Shown piece after piece: positions 20,801 through 30,138 of a stretch of 34,687 bases of DNA. This stretch comes from Polyangiaceae bacterium (lineage in GTDB: Bacteria > Myxococcota_A > Polyangia > Polyangiales > Polyangiaceae). The DNA is taken from the NCBI GenBank assembly GCA_044222475.1, contig JBGANF010000008.1:1-34687 (forward strand). The letters are read 5' to 3'. The position numbers and the translations under genes are program-made. The notes beneath the pieces were generated by a model that saw only the letters and a program-made list of their open reading frames with translations, was not told the origin of the DNA and made no database searches. Each line of letters starts with the position of its first letter. The stretch's first letter is position 1.

Positions 20801-23800
20801 GCCGTTCTCTGCGATGGCGATCAGCTTGAGGGTCGCGTCGCGATCGTAGGGGGCGATCTTCCGGATGCGCTCGAAGAGACGGCGCGCGGTCTTGATGTCG
20901 TCCACCTTCTCGGCGATGGCGGCGGCGCGATGGAACGCCGACACCGCGCCGGCGATCTCGCTTCGCTCGACGAGCACGCTGCCGAGGCGAGTGAGCCACA
21001 TCGTGCGCTCCTCGTCGTTCTCCGAGGCATCGGCGCGGCGGGACATGACGTCACCAAGCAGCGCGCGCTCCTCGAGCTGCTCGGCGACGCGCTCGACGAG
21101 ATCGAGGTCGGTCGCGGTCGCGAGCTCGTCCTCCACGAGGGCGCGCGCGTGGGCGATGGCGCGATCGCGCAGGCCGTGCGCGGTGGCGAGGTCGGCGATG
21201 CGTGCGTGCAGCGCGCGCTCGTCCGCGCCGGGGGCCGTCCGTACGAGCTCGTGTTCGAGGATGCGGCACGCTTCGAGCCACGCGGACGACTCGAGGTACA
21301 GCGCGAAGAGAGCTTCGGCCGACCCACGGTCGTCGGGATCTTCCTCGAGCGCTCGCACGAGGGTGGCTTGCGCTGCGGTCACGTCACCGAGCTCGGCTCG
21401 CTGGAGCTGCGCGATCCCGGCGAACAGGGTGCGGCGCTTCGCCGGGTTCTGCTCGACCTGGAGCGCGCTCTGGTAGAGCCGCAGCCGATCCTCGGGGGTT
21501 CCCTGGTCACGCAGGAGGAGCTCCACGCTCGCCATCACGTCCGGCGACGAAGGAGCGAACGCGAGCGCGCGCTGGAACGCGTCCAGGGCGCCTGCGCGAT
21601 CGCCGGCGCTCATCGCCGCGTCTCCCGCAGCGCGAGCGAGGGCGAGGAGCTCCGGGCCATCGACGGCTCGGTCACCGAGCGCGCGCCGAAGGGCGGTCGC
21701 GCGACGACGAGCGCCTTCGTCGCCAGGAGCGAAGTGATCGATCGCGCCGATCCACGGAGCGAGCGCGGCGCCCGACTCGACCGCATCCCCGAGGGCGGCA
21801 GCGGCGAGGTCGAAGGCTCGCGCACGCTCCTGCGGCACCGATTCGGCTGCTGCGAGCGCGGCGGCGGCCGCGGCGAGCCTCGTCGGGGCGTCGGGACCGC
21901 GGGTCGCGCGAACGCATTGAACGTGGAACAGACCGGCGTTCGCGCCCTCGTGGCGGTACACGGGCTCGAGCACGTTCGCGGCGGCGATCGCGAGCGCGTC
22001 GTCCTTGCCGTCGAGCAATCGCTCGAGCGCGTCGCGGCTCGTGGTCTCGTTCGGGTTGGCCTCGAGCGAGGACGCGAAAGCCTCGATCGCCCCGCGGGGG
22101 TCTTGGAGGTTCTGCGCGCGGAGGATGCCGAGAGTCGCGAGCGTGCGCGCGCGCTCCTCGCCCGACCAGAGGTTCGACGCCATCGTCAACGCGCCATCGA
22201 GCGCCGAGAAATCGCGTCGGAGCTCGAGGAGCGGGATCCATCGTGCGACCGCCTCGCGCGAGGGGCCGAAGCGACCGATGAAATCGCGCCACGCCGCGGA
22301 GGCGGCTTCGATGTTGCCCGACGCTTCGGTGAGAGCTTCGGCGGCTCGTTGGAGCAACGCTCGTTGCTCTTCGACGTCCGTCGAGTCTTCCGCGCGAGCG
22401 CGGAGGACCTCTGCCAAGCCGATCGCATCGCCGATGTCGCCGAGCAACGGCTCCAGCGCTGCGAGCGCCTTGGCGCGCGCCGGCGTGTCGAGGAGCGCTC
22501 GCCACGAGCCGATCGCCCGAGCGGGATCTCCGAGAGGTCCGGCGGCGAGCGCCGCGAGCCGCTCGGCCGCGGCGAGGCGGCGATCGGGCTCGGGCTCGAC
22601 GCGCGCCATGCGATCGAGCATGTCCGCGAGCGATGCGTTGTCCTCTTCTTCCTCGTAGAGGCGTGCGAGCGCGCGCACCGCGCCGAGGGTCGCCTCGTCG
22701 GTTGCTCCCGGCACGGAGAGCGCGCTCGAGAACGCCGCGCGAGCGCGGCGCACGTCGCCGTTGGCGAGCAGGAGCTCGCCGCTCGCCGTGCTCAGGCGCG
22801 CGCGTGCGTTCGGATCCTTGGCCAAGCCGAGAAGCCGCGTGAGCGTCTTGGCGCTCGCCTCGTGCTTGCCGAGGACGCGAGTGAGGTTGACGTAGCGCTC
22901 GACGAGAGCACCATCGTTGGGATCGAGGCCGAGCGCGGCGTCCGCCGCCTCGTAGGCACCGGCCGGATCGTCGAGGTGGTCTTCGCGCAGCGCCGCGAGC
23001 GCGCGAAGGACGAACGCACGCCTCGGTCCGCGCGCTTGCTCGAGCTCGAGCATGTAGTAGCGCGCCGCATCGGAGTACGAGCCTGCCATCTGAGCGGCGC
23101 CCGCGAGCGCGGCCGCTGCTCGCGCGACAGTGGCGCGACCTTCGAGGAGCTGCACCGCGACGTCGTGAGCGCGCACGTCGTCCGGGTGCTTGGACAGGAT
23201 CCACTCGACGTGCGGGAGGCTGCGCTCGAGCTCGCCGACGCCGGCGTAGGCGTCGAGCAGCTTCCAGCGCATGTCGAGCTGAACGTCGTCGGCCGGCGCC
23301 GGGTCGTGGGTCAACGCTTGCTCAAGGAGCTTCGCGACCTCGCGCGGCCGATTCGCGCGAGCGAGTGCGTCGAGGAGACGCGCTCGTGCCTCGTCGTCCT
23401 TGGGATCGATTCGGACGAGCACGGTCAGCGCGTCGGCGACCTTGTCGACGGCGTCGACGCGCTCGTACGCATCTGCGGCCTTCCGATAGAGGTTCACCTG
23501 CTCGGCGCGCGGTCTGTGCGACGCGAGCTCGGCGTACATGTCTCCGATTCCGATGAAGTTTCCGTCGCGCGCGAGGATCTCCTCGCGTCGGGCGAGCGAG
23601 CCTGCGTGAGTCGGAACCGCGGCGAGCGCTCGGTCGAGGTACGCGGCGGATCCCATCTCGTCGCCGAACGCGTCCCCGAAGAACACCGCGGCTTGGAACA
23701 TGAACTCGGCGACGACGCCGGCCTGGAGCGTGCGCAACCGGCGGTCGCCGGTGAGCTGCTCGAACGCGAACGCGAGCTCGGCGAGGCGTTGATCGCGCTG

Positions 23801-23962
23801 AGCCGCTTGCCCGAGGCGATCCCATGCACCGTCGTCGAGCTGTCCCTTGCTCATCGCGAGAAGGAACGCGTCCAACACATCGGCTTCGTTTTCGAGGCGG
23901 GTATCGAGCGATGCGAGGACGGCTGCTAGTCCACCGGTCGCGCGGTTACGAGGTTCGGTCAT
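11882..23962 (-). CDS. Giant (4026 aa) all-alpha TPR-like repeat protein, function unknown
   Basis: A single uninterrupted 12,081-nt ORF. Its translation is consistently helical and Ala/Leu/Glu/Arg/Asp-rich, with recurring TPR-like hairpins (for example ...[32 protein letters not shown]...). The reverse-strand ORFs (1906 aa and 1788 aa) are RG/RR-rich artefacts. The stop lies 2 nt before the glyQ start. It contains one short 8-aa internal repeat, [23 protein letters not shown]. No catalytic motif recognised. Confidence 0.8.
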   Translation of the reverse strand: MTEPRNRATGGLAAVLASLDTRLENEADVLDAFLLAMSKGQLDDGAWDRLGQAAQRDQRLAELAFAFEQLTGDRRLRTLQAGVVAEFMFQAAVFFGDAFGDEMGSAAYLDRALAAVPTHAGSLARREEILARDGNFIGIGDMYAELASHRPRAEQVNLYRKAADAYERVDAVDKVADALTVLVRIDPKDDEARARLLDALARANRPREVAKLLEQALTHDPAPADDVQLDMRWKLLDAYAGVGELERSLPHVEWILSKHPDDVRAHDVAVQLLEGRATVARAAAALAGAAQMAGSYSDAARYYMLELEQARGPRRAFVLRALAALREDHLDDPAGAYEAADAALGLDPNDGALVERYVNLTRVLGKHEASAKTLTRLLGLAKDPNARARLSTASGELLLANGDVRRARAAFSSALSVPGATDEATLGAVRALARLYEEEEDNASLADMLDRMARVEPEPDRRLAAAERLAALAAGPLGDPARAIGSWRALLDTPARAKALAALEPLLGDIGDAIGLAEVLRARAEDSTDVEEQRALLQRAAEALTEASGNIEAASAAWRDFIGRFGPSREAVARWIPLLELRRDFSALDGALTMASNLWSGEERARTLATLGILRAQNLQDPRGAIEAFASSLEANPNETTSRDALERLLDGKDDALAIAAANVLEPVYRHEGANAGLFHVQCVRATRGPDAPTRLAAAAAALAAAESVPQERARAFDLAAAALGDAVESGAALAPWIGAIDHFAPGDEGARRRATALRRALGDRAVDGPELLALARAAGDAAMSAGDRAGALDAFQRALAFAPSSPDVMASVELLLRDQGTPEDRLRLYQSALQVEQNPAKRRTLFAGIAQLQRAELGDVTAAQATLVRALEEDPDDRGSAEALFALYLESSAWLEACRILEHELVRTAPGADERALHARIADLATAHGLRDRAIAHARALVEDELATATDLDLVERVAEQLEERALLGDVMSRRADASENDEERTMWLTRLGSVLVERSEIAGAVSAFHRAAAIAEKVDDIKTARRLFERIRKIAPYDRDATLKLIAIAENGGETALLPELYASRVEAAATVEERRDALLHLSSALERCGDRDGAFDAAMRAFGDAPQDPAALALASRLARESGHTDVFLRAVDGALAQIADVDARAPILLERAAVLANLPDAIGDAASSFRALAENDRVADAIRVHALAQMGLLFQTHPESAPRDDWEWLFSERARRAGGPERGVVLFDWARTAETRFQDTDRALELYREANVVDPATGAATEIARITLARGDVDGALASLRDQLNGADADRARRIRGDVAAILVSQGGRAREALDELSKVLALAPDDAQALKLTADLVADPEAGDAAAALLEETIAKAGDAEAQSRALDALLRGARSASPERRAAWHDRAIEAASARGPKEEFAAILRALDELPNVADRWDRAEQLARDLDQPLDLAELYQGVVARVSDREQAEELGQRAVAFHEEWFEERTGVVKILDRIVTVDPGGWAFDRLKLLYDAAERWDELFVLYDRVLATDLDDGRRVELLADAAQIAKDFAKNADRAMRYLEALLLRKPKNDRLIASLERLYERHGRHRELVGLLEAQLGGKTPQQIAELRGRIARLWLDELSDAGSALLVVEAMIADGDEGDTTRELLEQILTAAPPAEELKKTLPPTSSPLSERIAQAYESIPPPRASVPPARASVAPPRASVPPPGKSSRSKRVLVRQRAAGLLRERYAQLGRDVDLARVLEVELEDVKSAKERIRRHRELVELYERIGNDVAALAHGVSLVMLEPDSAPHRQKLASLAERTGRHDRLAEVLAAAADECEGDELRVALLMEAAVVHSDRLADPGRAIDLYFRVLAFDVDHEVLLRAARPLEGLLERAGREPERLGVLERIAQLETRTEERRGALGEAARLAASLGEIDRGIAAWEARLAEDSSDLVALHGLVAILEASGRHRPLYEALERRARLLPSEADKQADRVRAARLLGGELADDEAAIKAWEGIEHDFGATEDSTLALADLYERGSHWKKLSKLLVRAAESAPEASRAAILVRLGDLRRVHLGATAKAVVDYRSALEAESGHPGAIAGLTALLGDGDAATSAMDVLLADHRARDAWRDVLQLQSDRLRIAADDQARIAILLEAAKLEEDRGLDPAAAFRSCSDAFVLSRGDIAIDATLARLAAVSDNQRARAEVLRTVLETLEASGTTGEAIPRLRKGLADVLEQHLDDPRTALTLYLRVAEEAPLDEVAGVASVRVGARVQRWDATARVIIDRAAALGQVDDLLLGELEARVTGNAGWDAATGALEAALAERSGLPANVVRDLEARIATWHRDRRGDPDAAEAAYARALSQDGTNADLLRALAQLQRRTRGRPLIETLLRLSQATGGDPELLREAADVAASVVVDRGLAKTILERLLKLASERWVGEADTEEAPLTQGSPRHPGEYVEWAMGELVRIHNEEGNAERIVSLLSETARLPFETARARELRHEAARMALERVGDQEAALRLYAELEGDDPDDALAAERLAAVLRTLDRRPDLLALRKRQIARASTAAVRLPLRLDAAALESSLDKTDAALALLKDNLSEQPRHAESAAMIIDVLEAAGRNAELIAFLAEQAHLAEAEGDIHAAATMFRRAAVLADSRQNDTAAALGYFQRVLPLVVEADDLDAIAKLHERQGDHSAAAQYLERLLHKFPDRRAGVILRLTDALVTAGHEEDARRHLEAAVEATGSPAEVPQRLAELYRKAELYAPLADLLTRQASKAETPAEKRRGLEEAADLWLTRCQAPGRAAELLSEAAELAPDDRALRLRLSQALTAAGRPDDARTLLRSMLDAFGGRRPKERAQVHFHLARLLLALGERTPALAELEAATRIDPANPEILRMVAELARDDGQLEKAERSYRALLSVLRRDSDGMTVARSEVLIELAEIADRQDEKERAAEIVESAFEAATTSDAEAVRLEDALRAKKKNDLLLRALRGRLERAEGGEKRAQVLADMARAQEELGDDAGALDTRLTALEAAPASRALRDAALAGAKKSGTTERYVERLLALGDRLASEGNGKDAAQLLHGAAAVIEEETGDSARAATVLERASDADPLNADVLRALDRTYAKTDDPRQEKVLARLIAALAEGAKDPKAAADAEYRLAELRLKPGGDRASGAALLKSAFEKQSDHERALKILEPALEGATEPALFHLYERIARTRGDAERLLRAIELSARAGCGTPELYREGVEEAKRAGKLDVADVILERSISEEGDFGRWARLELATLREASDPALAARLRLEAATTLPPAEARKLRLEVAQAAGTTPAIAREAIEAVLASEPNDLELRGTLLALLRTHGTKEELEEALRTTAALHSASPERSALRVEHAKLLATALDRATEAIAELREVLEEDPLSEDAATVLVDLLEGSGDKSELVALLERRLEAARDRADAPGVATVAARLGKLLEGDDAEKARSVYATGLDWEAKNPELLRGALRVIPASEGVDRAELLERLLEQTRGEEGEKLALDLFAVRNEAWDSEGAERALELGLAAAPESANLRERLLAIYTERNDAAKLAKLHETTAAALVPAEAEAAFLEAARHYGAISDTAGVVRVMRGAYAIPGAADTTHIAYYRALADADDVASSWEELSNLESQVSGTPMQAAWLLERARLALRTERFAEAVDSGEAAYRDDGRLAEHLSEILALAAAGTTDENDRRSYRVRLATLCDALGRTDDARNQLEQVLQTHEQDAEALRALADLEARADRVDAETDVLARLVEVVPDAEVAEIALRLVDRATRTGSPGYARAGLERAHRLAPEDERVSEKLGEIYGALGDVQALAALRIAEAERIPEPPKRLPFYVAAATLLLGEGGDATAATDVLRRALEIKPGDLECTSLLADAYIGQSNLAAADELLRAVLEKHKGRRSKELSHVYLRLARVARASGDRGNDLAMLGTALDMDGQNGAVASELAWVARELGSTEIETRALRTITMLRAQAPMSRAEAYERLGELALEAGDNKRAVMLLKRAIDDDPSRQLARDLLARID

Positions 23963-24043
23963 GTCCCTGTCGCGCGCTTGGACGACGAAGCGCGGACCTC
24001 GAAGGGTATCAAGGTCGGGGAATGCAACCTACCGCACTGACGT

Positions 24044-25339
24044 TCAGGTCGCGATCGTGCGGTATGGATCGCCCGACGAGGGCGTATTGCCGTTTTTCCC
24101 TCGAATGAGGCCGGCCGCGCGGGTCGCCACGACGGTGCCGATCCCCAGGAAGACGACCGCGAAGGTGACGATTCCACCGATCCACGGCAGCGAGCCGAGG
24201 ACGAGGAAGAGTGCGCAACCCACGAGGAGGTGGACGTGCGGGCTGTCGCTGCGGTGCCCGAGCAGGGCCTTGCCCGCCGTCGCGAGCACGGCACACACAC
24301 CCGCGTAGCTCGCGAACACGGCGGCAGGAACGGCGACCACTGCAACGGGGATTCCGATCACGCTCACGCAGAGCGCGACGACGAGGACGATGCCGGCGAT
24401 GAGGCCGACGATGCCCATCGCGAACGTGCGCATCGGTCGCGCGGCGACCTCGGCGCGCAGCGTGTCCATGCGCTGACCGGCGAGGGCGAAGAGGACGGCG
24501 CCGAAGACGAAGAGGAGCGCCGAGCGCGCGAGCGCGTCGCCGATCTGCTTCAGCACGCCGGACTTGTGCTCGCCGTCGCCACCGACGGTCACCGCCGATC
24601 CGACGACCGACTTCGAACCGCGATTCAGCACGCCACCGACGACGCCGACCTGGCCGTCGATCTGAGCGTCGTCTTCCACGTCGAGCTCGCCGCCCACCGC
24701 CGTCGCGTTTCCGACGATGTGGGCACCCTTCACGACCTTCAGCGTCCCGCCCGTGACGACCGCGTTGCCGGTCACCGTTCCTCGGACCGTCAAGTCGCCG
24801 CCGACCACGCTCACGTCGTGAACGATTTCGTTCGCCTCGATGACGGCGTCGTCGCCGTTGACGACGCGGTCCGATCCGCGGACCGACGGGAGCGGTGCGG
24901 CCTTGAGCGCCGCGGAAGGTGCCTCGAGCGGCGCTGCGTCCGCCTCAGCGGCGGTCGCGGCCGGTGCGGGCGCCGCCGTCTCGGCGCTGCGAACCGAGAC
25001 GAGTGCGCCGTCGCGCTTCGCGGTCCACTTTCCGTCCGCGAGGACGATGTCGAGGATCTTCGACGGGCTCTCGTCCTTCACGTGAAGGTCGATGCGGTCC
25101 TTGTCGCCGTCGACGTCGTCCATGCGGAGGACCAGGTTCCACCCCGCTGCCTCGGCGAGCTTGGTCAGCGCGTCGTGGCGAGAGACGTGCGCGAGGTCGA
25201 GCGAGACCTTCTTCTCCTCGGCGGGCGTCGGCCAGGTGCCGGTGCGCTCGACGTCGGCGAACGCGAGGGACGTCGTCGCGAGCAGCGCGGCGAGGGTGGC
25301 GGCGAGAGTCACGGGACCTACGGCGACGCGCTTCATCAT
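24044..25339 (-). CDS. Membrane protein: signal peptide + STN-like (secretin/TonB N-terminal type) domain + Ala/Pro linker + bactofilin/DUF4097-like beta-helical repeat + C-terminal 4-TM bundle
   Basis: MMKRVAVGPVTLAATLAALLATTSLAFA signal peptide. VSLDLAHVSRHDALTKLAEAAGWNLVLR...ILDIVLADGKWTAKRDGALVSV resembles the STN signalling domain. VVGGDLTVRGTVTGNAVVTGGTLKVVKGAHIVGNATAVGGELDVEDDAQIDGQVGVVGG resembles polymer-forming/bactofilin or 'putative adhesin' beta-helix repeats. Four C-terminal TM helices. The ATG overlaps the anti-sigma stop (ATGA). Confidence 0.65.
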   Translation of the reverse strand: MMKRVAVGPVTLAATLAALLATTSLAFADVERTGTWPTPAEEKKVSLDLAHVSRHDALTKLAEAAGWNLVLRMDDVDGDKDRIDLHVKDESPSKILDIVLADGKWTAKRDGALVSVRSAETAAPAPAATAAEADAAPLEAPSAALKAAPLPSVRGSDRVVNGDDAVIEANEIVHDVSVVGGDLTVRGTVTGNAVVTGGTLKVVKGAHIVGNATAVGGELDVEDDAQIDGQVGVVGGVLNRGSKSVVGSAVTVGGDGEHKSGVLKQIGDALARSALLFVFGAVLFALAGQRMDTLRAEVAARPMRTFAMGIVGLIAGIVLVVALCVSVIGIPVAVVAVPAAVFASYAGVCAVLATAGKALLGHRSDSPHVHLLVGCALFLVLGSLPWIGGIVTFAVVFLGIGTVVATRAAGLIRGKNGNTPSSGDPYRTIAT

Positions 25340-25839
25340 GACAAGACTCCACGTTGGGTGCGCGACGCGCGCGCGATGATCGCGCCCGAGAGCGCGAGGA
25401 CGGCAAAGACGGAGAACGCGACAGCGGCACCGAACGGACCCTGGGTGAGCGCTGCCGCGATCGCGCCGGCGGCACCGGCGAGCTGCGGAACGAGCTCGGG
25501 GAGCGAGGTCGCGATCGAGAGGGCGTGGAACGAACGATCCGCGAGTGACGGAGCGAGGCCGAGCCCCGCGAGCGCAAGTGCCGCGAGGACGAGGCCGGCG
25601 GGGAAGCGCCGCGCGGCCCGCGTGCGCTCGGCGGCGACCGGCGCGAGAGCGACACCGACTTCGAGGGCGAGCGTCGCGAGGTTCGCGAGTCGACCCGCGC
25701 ACTGCGTGCACGACTCGGCGTGATGCGACGCTTCGTCGCCGACGATCTCGATCTCCCCATCGCCGAGCGCGGCCAGCGCCGCGTCGGAGAGGTGGCCGTC
25801 TTCCAGCCAGAGATCCTGTGGTTGCAACGTGCGACTCAT
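25336..25839 (-). CDS. Anti-sigma factor, zinc-finger (ZAS, HxxxCxxC) type with C-terminal TM region
   Basis: 167 aa. ASHHAESCTQCAGRL is the HX3CX2C zinc motif. Two C-terminal hydrophobic segments. Its start overlaps the ECF sigma stop by ATGA. Confidence 0.7.
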   Translation of the reverse strand: MSRTLQPQDLWLEDGHLSDAALAALGDGEIEIVGDEASHHAESCTQCAGRLANLATLALEVGVALAPVAAERTRAARRFPAGLVLAALALAGLGLAPSLADRSFHALSIATSLPELVPQLAGAAGAIAAALTQGPFGAAVAFSVFAVLALSGAIIARASRTQRGVLS

Positions 25840-26411
25840 GACGACTCCTCGGCGAGAGTCTCCGCCAGCGATCGGCGTGCGCGGAGAATCCAGGTGGCGA
25901 CGGTGCCGACGGGGATGCGGAGCCGGGCCGAGATTTCGGCGTAGCTCTTTCCTTCGGCGTGAAAGAGAAGGAGCGCCTCGCGCATGCCGCCGGGGAGATC
26001 GGCCAGGGCGGCGTCGAGCCGCTTGCGATCTTGGGCATGGGCGAGGCGATCGAAGGGAGAGGGAGCGGAGTCGGGGATGCGATCCGCGACGTCGGACTCG
26101 GAGTCGTCGCTGCGCACGGTGGCGATGCGGGCTCGCGCGCGGTGGACGTCCATCGCGACGTGCTTCGCGATGCCGATCACCCAGGGACGAATCGGCTCGC
26201 CGGCGCGGATCCGCGCGGAGCCCTCGATCGCACGCCGCATGGTCTCGGAGACGGCGTCGTCGACGTCGGCGTGCGTCGGCGCGCAGCGGAGCGCTGACGC
26301 TACGATCGCGCGAACGAGCGGCCGCAGCGCGGCGAGCTCGCGAGGGAGCTCGGTCGCGGCCGCGGACGGCGTGGCGTGGGCAAGGGGAGGGAGAAGCAGC
26401 ACCGCAAGCAT
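25836..26411 (-). CDS. RNA polymerase sigma-70 ECF-family sigma factor
   Basis: 191 aa. Region 2 has PWVIGIAKHVAMDVHR (DNA-melting/-10 recognition). Region 4 HTH is GKSYAEISARLRIPVGTVATWILRARRSL. Confidence 0.85.
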   Translation of the reverse strand: MLAVLLLPPLAHATPSAAATELPRELAALRPLVRAIVASALRCAPTHADVDDAVSETMRRAIEGSARIRAGEPIRPWVIGIAKHVAMDVHRARARIATVRSDDSESDVADRIPDSAPSPFDRLAHAQDRKRLDAALADLPGGMREALLLFHAEGKSYAEISARLRIPVGTVATWILRARRSLAETLAEESS

Positions 26412-26483
26412 CGGTCATCTGCTCTTCGCGGCAACAGGGCCGAAATTTCACCCGCCGGCCCGCTCGACTGCAATGGCCCGAAA

Positions 26484-27374
26484 CTACTGAGTTTTGTGGG
26501 TGACGCCCAAGACGTTCGGGATCGACCAGAAGGTGTCGTTCTTGTCGTCCGCGAGGAACCCGGTCTCGAAGCTGCCCATCTCCGACACCGCACCGGAGAC
26601 CCACAGCGACGCCTCGGGGCCACCCTCGACGTGCATGGCGGTGTCGAGGTCGAGCTCGGGAGCGGCGAGGATCTTCGCGAGCTCGGTCATCGAGTAGGGC
26701 GTTCGCGCGTGAATGAACACGACGTTGCCCTTGCGATCCGTGCCGAGCACCGCGGCGCTGAAGAGCTTCGGATCCTGCCACGCGATCGGTTTCCGATCGC
26801 AGTCGAGGAGCCGGTAGTTCTGGACGACGGAGCGGTACTCCGTGCGCAGCCGCGCGAGATCGAAACCGGCGCAGTCGCGCCCGACCGAGACGACGGGCGG
26901 CGCGCCGGCGTTCACCGGATCCCACGCGAAGAAGCCGCCGAACTTGTGGTTGTCGGAGCCGTTGTTCGTCACCGGGCCGGACACGAGCAGCCCGACCGAC
27001 CGGCGATCTTCGCCGTACATCGACGCGTTGATCACCGCGACGAGCTTCGCGTCCTTCGCCCACGCGGGTGCGGTGCGAGAACCGCCCTCGACCTGTGCGG
27101 TGTGGAGCTCCAGCGCGAGCTTCGTGGGGTCGATGCGGACGATCGTGACGCATCGATCGCCGACGCCGGCGCTCGACGCCAAGGGTGCGAGGTACCGATC
27201 GACGGTGAGCCCCGGCTCGACGGTCGTGCGGAGCGCCGGGGAAGCGCACTTCGCCGGCGTCGCCGTCGGGCTCACGGAGTCCGCGCTCGCGGTGCTCGGC
27301 TTCGGGTCGTGCTTGCAGGCGCCTGCGGCGACGACGGTCACCAGGACGATCGTCGCGCCGCGCGCGAGGTTCAC
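26484..27374 (-). CDS. Lipoprotein, phosphodiester glycosidase (DUF2233/NAGPA)-like, tentative
   Basis: GTG start overlapping the upstream stop (GTGA). Signal peptide with AAGAC. ~270 aa periplasmic domain. Family assignment is from general resemblance only. Confidence 0.5.
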   Translation of the reverse strand: MNLARGATIVLVTVVAAGACKHDPKPSTASADSVSPTATPAKCASPALRTTVEPGLTVDRYLAPLASSAGVGDRCVTIVRIDPTKLALELHTAQVEGGSRTAPAWAKDAKLVAVINASMYGEDRRSVGLLVSGPVTNNGSDNHKFGGFFAWDPVNAGAPPVVSVGRDCAGFDLARLRTEYRSVVQNYRLLDCDRKPIAWQDPKLFSAAVLGTDRKGNVVFIHARTPYSMTELAKILAAPELDLDTAMHVEGGPEASLWVSGAVSEMGSFETGFLADDKNDTFWSIPNVLGVTHKTQ

Positions 27375-28630
27375 TTCGCGCGCTCGGCGACGAGCGCCTC
27401 GAGGCGTTCGGTCGCGCGCTCGAGGACCGGCATCGAAGGCCCGAACGAGAACCGCACGTGGTCCTTGAAGCGCGACGCGCGCCCGCTGCGGCGCTTGCCC
27501 GGGTTGACGTCGAAGAACTCTCCGGGGACGACGATGACCTTCTTGTCGAGGGCGGCGCGGAAGAGGCCCATCCCCTCGTCGAGCGGTGGCGGGAGGTTCT
27601 TCACGTTGCCCCAGACGTAGAACGTCCCGTCGGGGACGCGATCGAACCGAACGCCGAGGCGCTCGAGGCGCGAGAGCATGCGGTCGCGCTTGTCGCGGAA
27701 AGCGTGCTGAATCGCCCAGGTCTCCTTCACGACGTGGTCCTCGGCGAGGAGCGGGATCGCGGCGCGCTGGAGCGGCTTGCTGCCGCCTCCATCGAGGAAC
27801 GACCCTGCGCTCGCGAGCGCTTCCATGATCCGCTTCGGTCCGAGCGCCCAGGTGACGCGCCAGCCGGGGTAGCGCCAGTTCTTCGTGAAGCCGTCGAAGA
27901 CGACGACCGGGTCCTTGTCGACGTCGGCCACGTAGCGAGCCGCGCTCTCGACCGGGAGCACGCCGGGCTTCGTGCGGTAGACGTAGTGCGAGTAGAACTC
28001 GTCGAAGAGGAGCGTGCAGTCGAGCTCGCGAGCGACGCCGACCCAGCGCTCGAGCTCTTCGCCTTCGATGAGCTTCCCCGTCGGGTTGCACGGGTTCGAG
28101 AGGAGGATCGCCGACAGCCCGCGGCCGTTGATCTCGCGGCGCAGATCGTCGTGCGAAAACGCATAGCCGCGATCGCCTTCGAGCAAGATCGGGATCGACG
28201 TGAACGCCTTGAAGATGTCGAGCAGCTCCTCGTACGCGGTGTAGTCGGGGAGGAAGTGCCCGAGGTTCACTTGCGAGAGGCTCGCCGCGGCGCGCGTGAG
28301 CGCAGCGCGTCCGCCGCCGGACACACACACGTTCTCCGCGGTGTACTGGGACTTCATCCCTTTTCGGTACAACGTGTTGTAGAGGTCGGCGATCGCCTCG
28401 CGCAGCTCGGGCAGGCCGGCGACCGGCGCGTACTCCTGATCGTCGGGGTGGATGTGGATGTCGTGCACGCGCGGCGGAGACCCGGGAAGATCGCCGGTCT
28501 CCGGTTGCCCTTGGCCGAGGTTGCACCAGTCCGGGTGAGCCGACGAGAACCCGAGCTTCGTCGCCTCCGAGGTGACGAAGATGACGCCGGTGCGCGGGAC
28601 GGTACGGAAGGCAGTGAGCTCGTCGGCCAT
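27371..28630 (-). CDS. PLP-dependent aminotransferase, class I/II fold
   Basis: 419 aa from the ATG at 28630 (the track start at 28672 is TTG). SNPCNPTGK substrate/PLP region, FDEFYSHY, and the catalytic Lys in VVFDGFTKNWRYPGWR. Typical fold-type-I architecture. Confidence 0.8.
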   Translation of the reverse strand: MADELTAFRTVPRTGVIFVTSEATKLGFSSAHPDWCNLGQGQPETGDLPGSPPRVHDIHIHPDDQEYAPVAGLPELREAIADLYNTLYRKGMKSQYTAENVCVSGGGRAALTRAAASLSQVNLGHFLPDYTAYEELLDIFKAFTSIPILLEGDRGYAFSHDDLRREINGRGLSAILLSNPCNPTGKLIEGEELERWVGVARELDCTLLFDEFYSHYVYRTKPGVLPVESAARYVADVDKDPVVVFDGFTKNWRYPGWRVTWALGPKRIMEALASAGSFLDGGGSKPLQRAAIPLLAEDHVVKETWAIQHAFRDKRDRMLSRLERLGVRFDRVPDGTFYVWGNVKNLPPPLDEGMGLFRAALDKKVIVVPGEFFDVNPGKRRSGRASRFKDHVRFSFGPSMPVLERATERLEALVAERAK

Positions 28631-28678
28631 GATCCTCGCTGGTTCGTACTCGATTCTCCGCGCGACCACCAAGCGATC

Positions 28679-29440
28679 TCAGGGGATCGGGACCCCCTCG
28701 AAGAATTGGCTCGTGTAGTCGTCGATTTCCTTGCCCCCGGCGACGTCGAAGTGATGCTCGATGCCGCGAAGCGCCGGGTCCTCGCTTTCGCCCGACTTCA
28801 CCTCGATCGGCTCGAGGCCGGCCGCGCGGAAGGTGCGGCGCAAGCTCTCGGGGTCGTAGAGGAACTGGTGACCCCACGCGTGCATCATCAGGTTGAGGAG
28901 CGCGGTCTCGGGTCGGGGGACGGACGACAGGTTGTTGTGCTTCATCTGGAAGTCGATGAACTTCTGCTGGATCGGCGTCTTCTCCGGCGCCCACAGCGCG
29001 AGTAGCTGGTCGAGGTTGGGCGTCGCCAGTCGGACGCGCCCGCCGGGCTCGAGCACGCGACGGCACTCGCGGAGGAACGCGATCGCCGCCTCGAACGGGA
29101 CGTGCTCGATCACCTGCTCGGCGTAGATGTACCGAACGGAGTGATCGGCGAACGGGAGCTTCTCCGTCACGTCGAGGAAGACCTGAGTCGCGCGCGGCTC
29201 GATGTCGGTGTTGAGCCAGTCGGGAAAGTCGTTGGGACCCGCGCCGACTTGGATCTTTCGAACGGCATGCTCGGCGAAGTAGCGATCGACGATCGCCTGC
29301 TCGGCGGGGGACCAGACGTGCGCGCGGCCGAGGTCGTGTCGGACCGGGGTTTCCCGGGGTCTGCCGATCAAGACGAACACGAGGGCCTCGGCGAGGGCGA
29401 CGAAGACGATCATGAGCACGGCGAGGCGAACGCGGATCAT
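28679..29440 (-). CDS. Class I SAM-dependent methyltransferase with N-terminal TM anchor
   Basis: Hydrophobic N-terminus MIRVRLAVLMIVFVALAEALVFVLIG. Motif I-like KIQVGAGPNDFPDWLNTD and motif II/III VLEPGGRVRLATPN resemble Methyltransf_11/23 domains. Confidence 0.65.
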   Translation of the reverse strand: MIRVRLAVLMIVFVALAEALVFVLIGRPRETPVRHDLGRAHVWSPAEQAIVDRYFAEHAVRKIQVGAGPNDFPDWLNTDIEPRATQVFLDVTEKLPFADHSVRYIYAEQVIEHVPFEAAIAFLRECRRVLEPGGRVRLATPNLDQLLALWAPEKTPIQQKFIDFQMKHNNLSSVPRPETALLNLMMHAWGHQFLYDPESLRRTFRAAGLEPIEVKSGESEDPALRGIEHHFDVAGGKEIDDYTSQFFEGVPIP

Positions 29441-29469
29441 CGTGCGATCGAAGCACAACCGCGCGCCGA

Positions 29470-30138
29470 TTACCGCTCGCGCGCGCGCCGCGCTTCACGA
29501 AAGAGCAGCAGGAACCACGCCTCCATCAGGAGAAAGCCGAGCGCGTTCCCTGCCGCCACCATGCGATCGGGCAGCCGCAGCCCCGCCGGGAGCAGCGGGC
29601 CGATCGTGACGACGAGGAAGATCGTCCACAGCGGAACCGAGAGACGAAGGAGCGTGTTCGACCACAGCCCCGCCGCGCGAAAAGCGAACGTCCATGCGAT
29701 GGCGCCGAGCGTGTAGAGCAGCGCGGCGTACCACCCGGTGAGGGGGAACGCGGTGTGCTCGATCGCCATGTACGCCGCGAGGTCGCCGGCCTTGGCCGCC
29801 GCAACGCCGCGCGTGAGCCAGAGGATCTGCCCGCCTTGATCGCAGAGCACGGCGACGAACGTCAGCGCGAGCTGGGCCCACCGGATCGCCGGCGGGATGC
29901 GGGCGATGCGAACGAGGATCAGCGCGAGCAGCAGATCGGAGATCGCGGTCACGTGCCACGGGATCCATCCGATCCGGAACGTGGTCTCGTGGGACGCGAT
30001 CCACGCCATGCGCTCGGCGTCGCTCGTGTCGCCGCCGCCGGGCATCCCGGGCAGGAGGAGGAGCGCCATCCCGAGCATCGCCGCGCCATGGCAGAGGAAC
30101 GTGAAGAACAGACTCGCGGCGAGCCAGCGCGGCTTCAT
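29470..30138 (-). CDS. Polytopic membrane protein (about 6 TM), unknown family
   Basis: 222 aa from the internal ATG (MKPRWLAASLFFTF...). Alternating hydrophobic segments with Trp/Arg caps. The start overlaps the DCC stop (ATGA). Confidence 0.5.
   Translation of the reverse strand: MKPRWLAASLFFTFLCHGAAMLGMALLLLPGMPGGGDTSDAERMAWIASHETTFRIGWIPWHVTAISDLLLALILVRIARIPPAIRWAQLALTFVAVLCDQGGQILWLTRGVAAAKAGDLAAYMAIEHTAFPLTGWYAALLYTLGAIAWTFAFRAAGLWSNTLLRLSVPLWTIFLVVTIGPLLPAGLRLPDRMVAAGNALGFLLMEAWFLLLFREARRARER

Noticed and set aside
18563-23929. 1788-aa ORF on the + strand opposite the giant gene
   Set aside because: Same reasoning as for 12137-17857: compositional artefact antisense to the TPR ORF.
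23960-23962. Apparent 1-nt inconsistency between my reading of the listing and the track coordinate for the giant gene start
   Set aside because: My manual reading placed the ATG reverse complement at 23959-23961, which would make the ORF length non-divisible by 3. This is almost certainly a transcription or perception slip on my side in that line rather than a frameshift. The track coordinate 23962 was kept, but resequencing would settle it.
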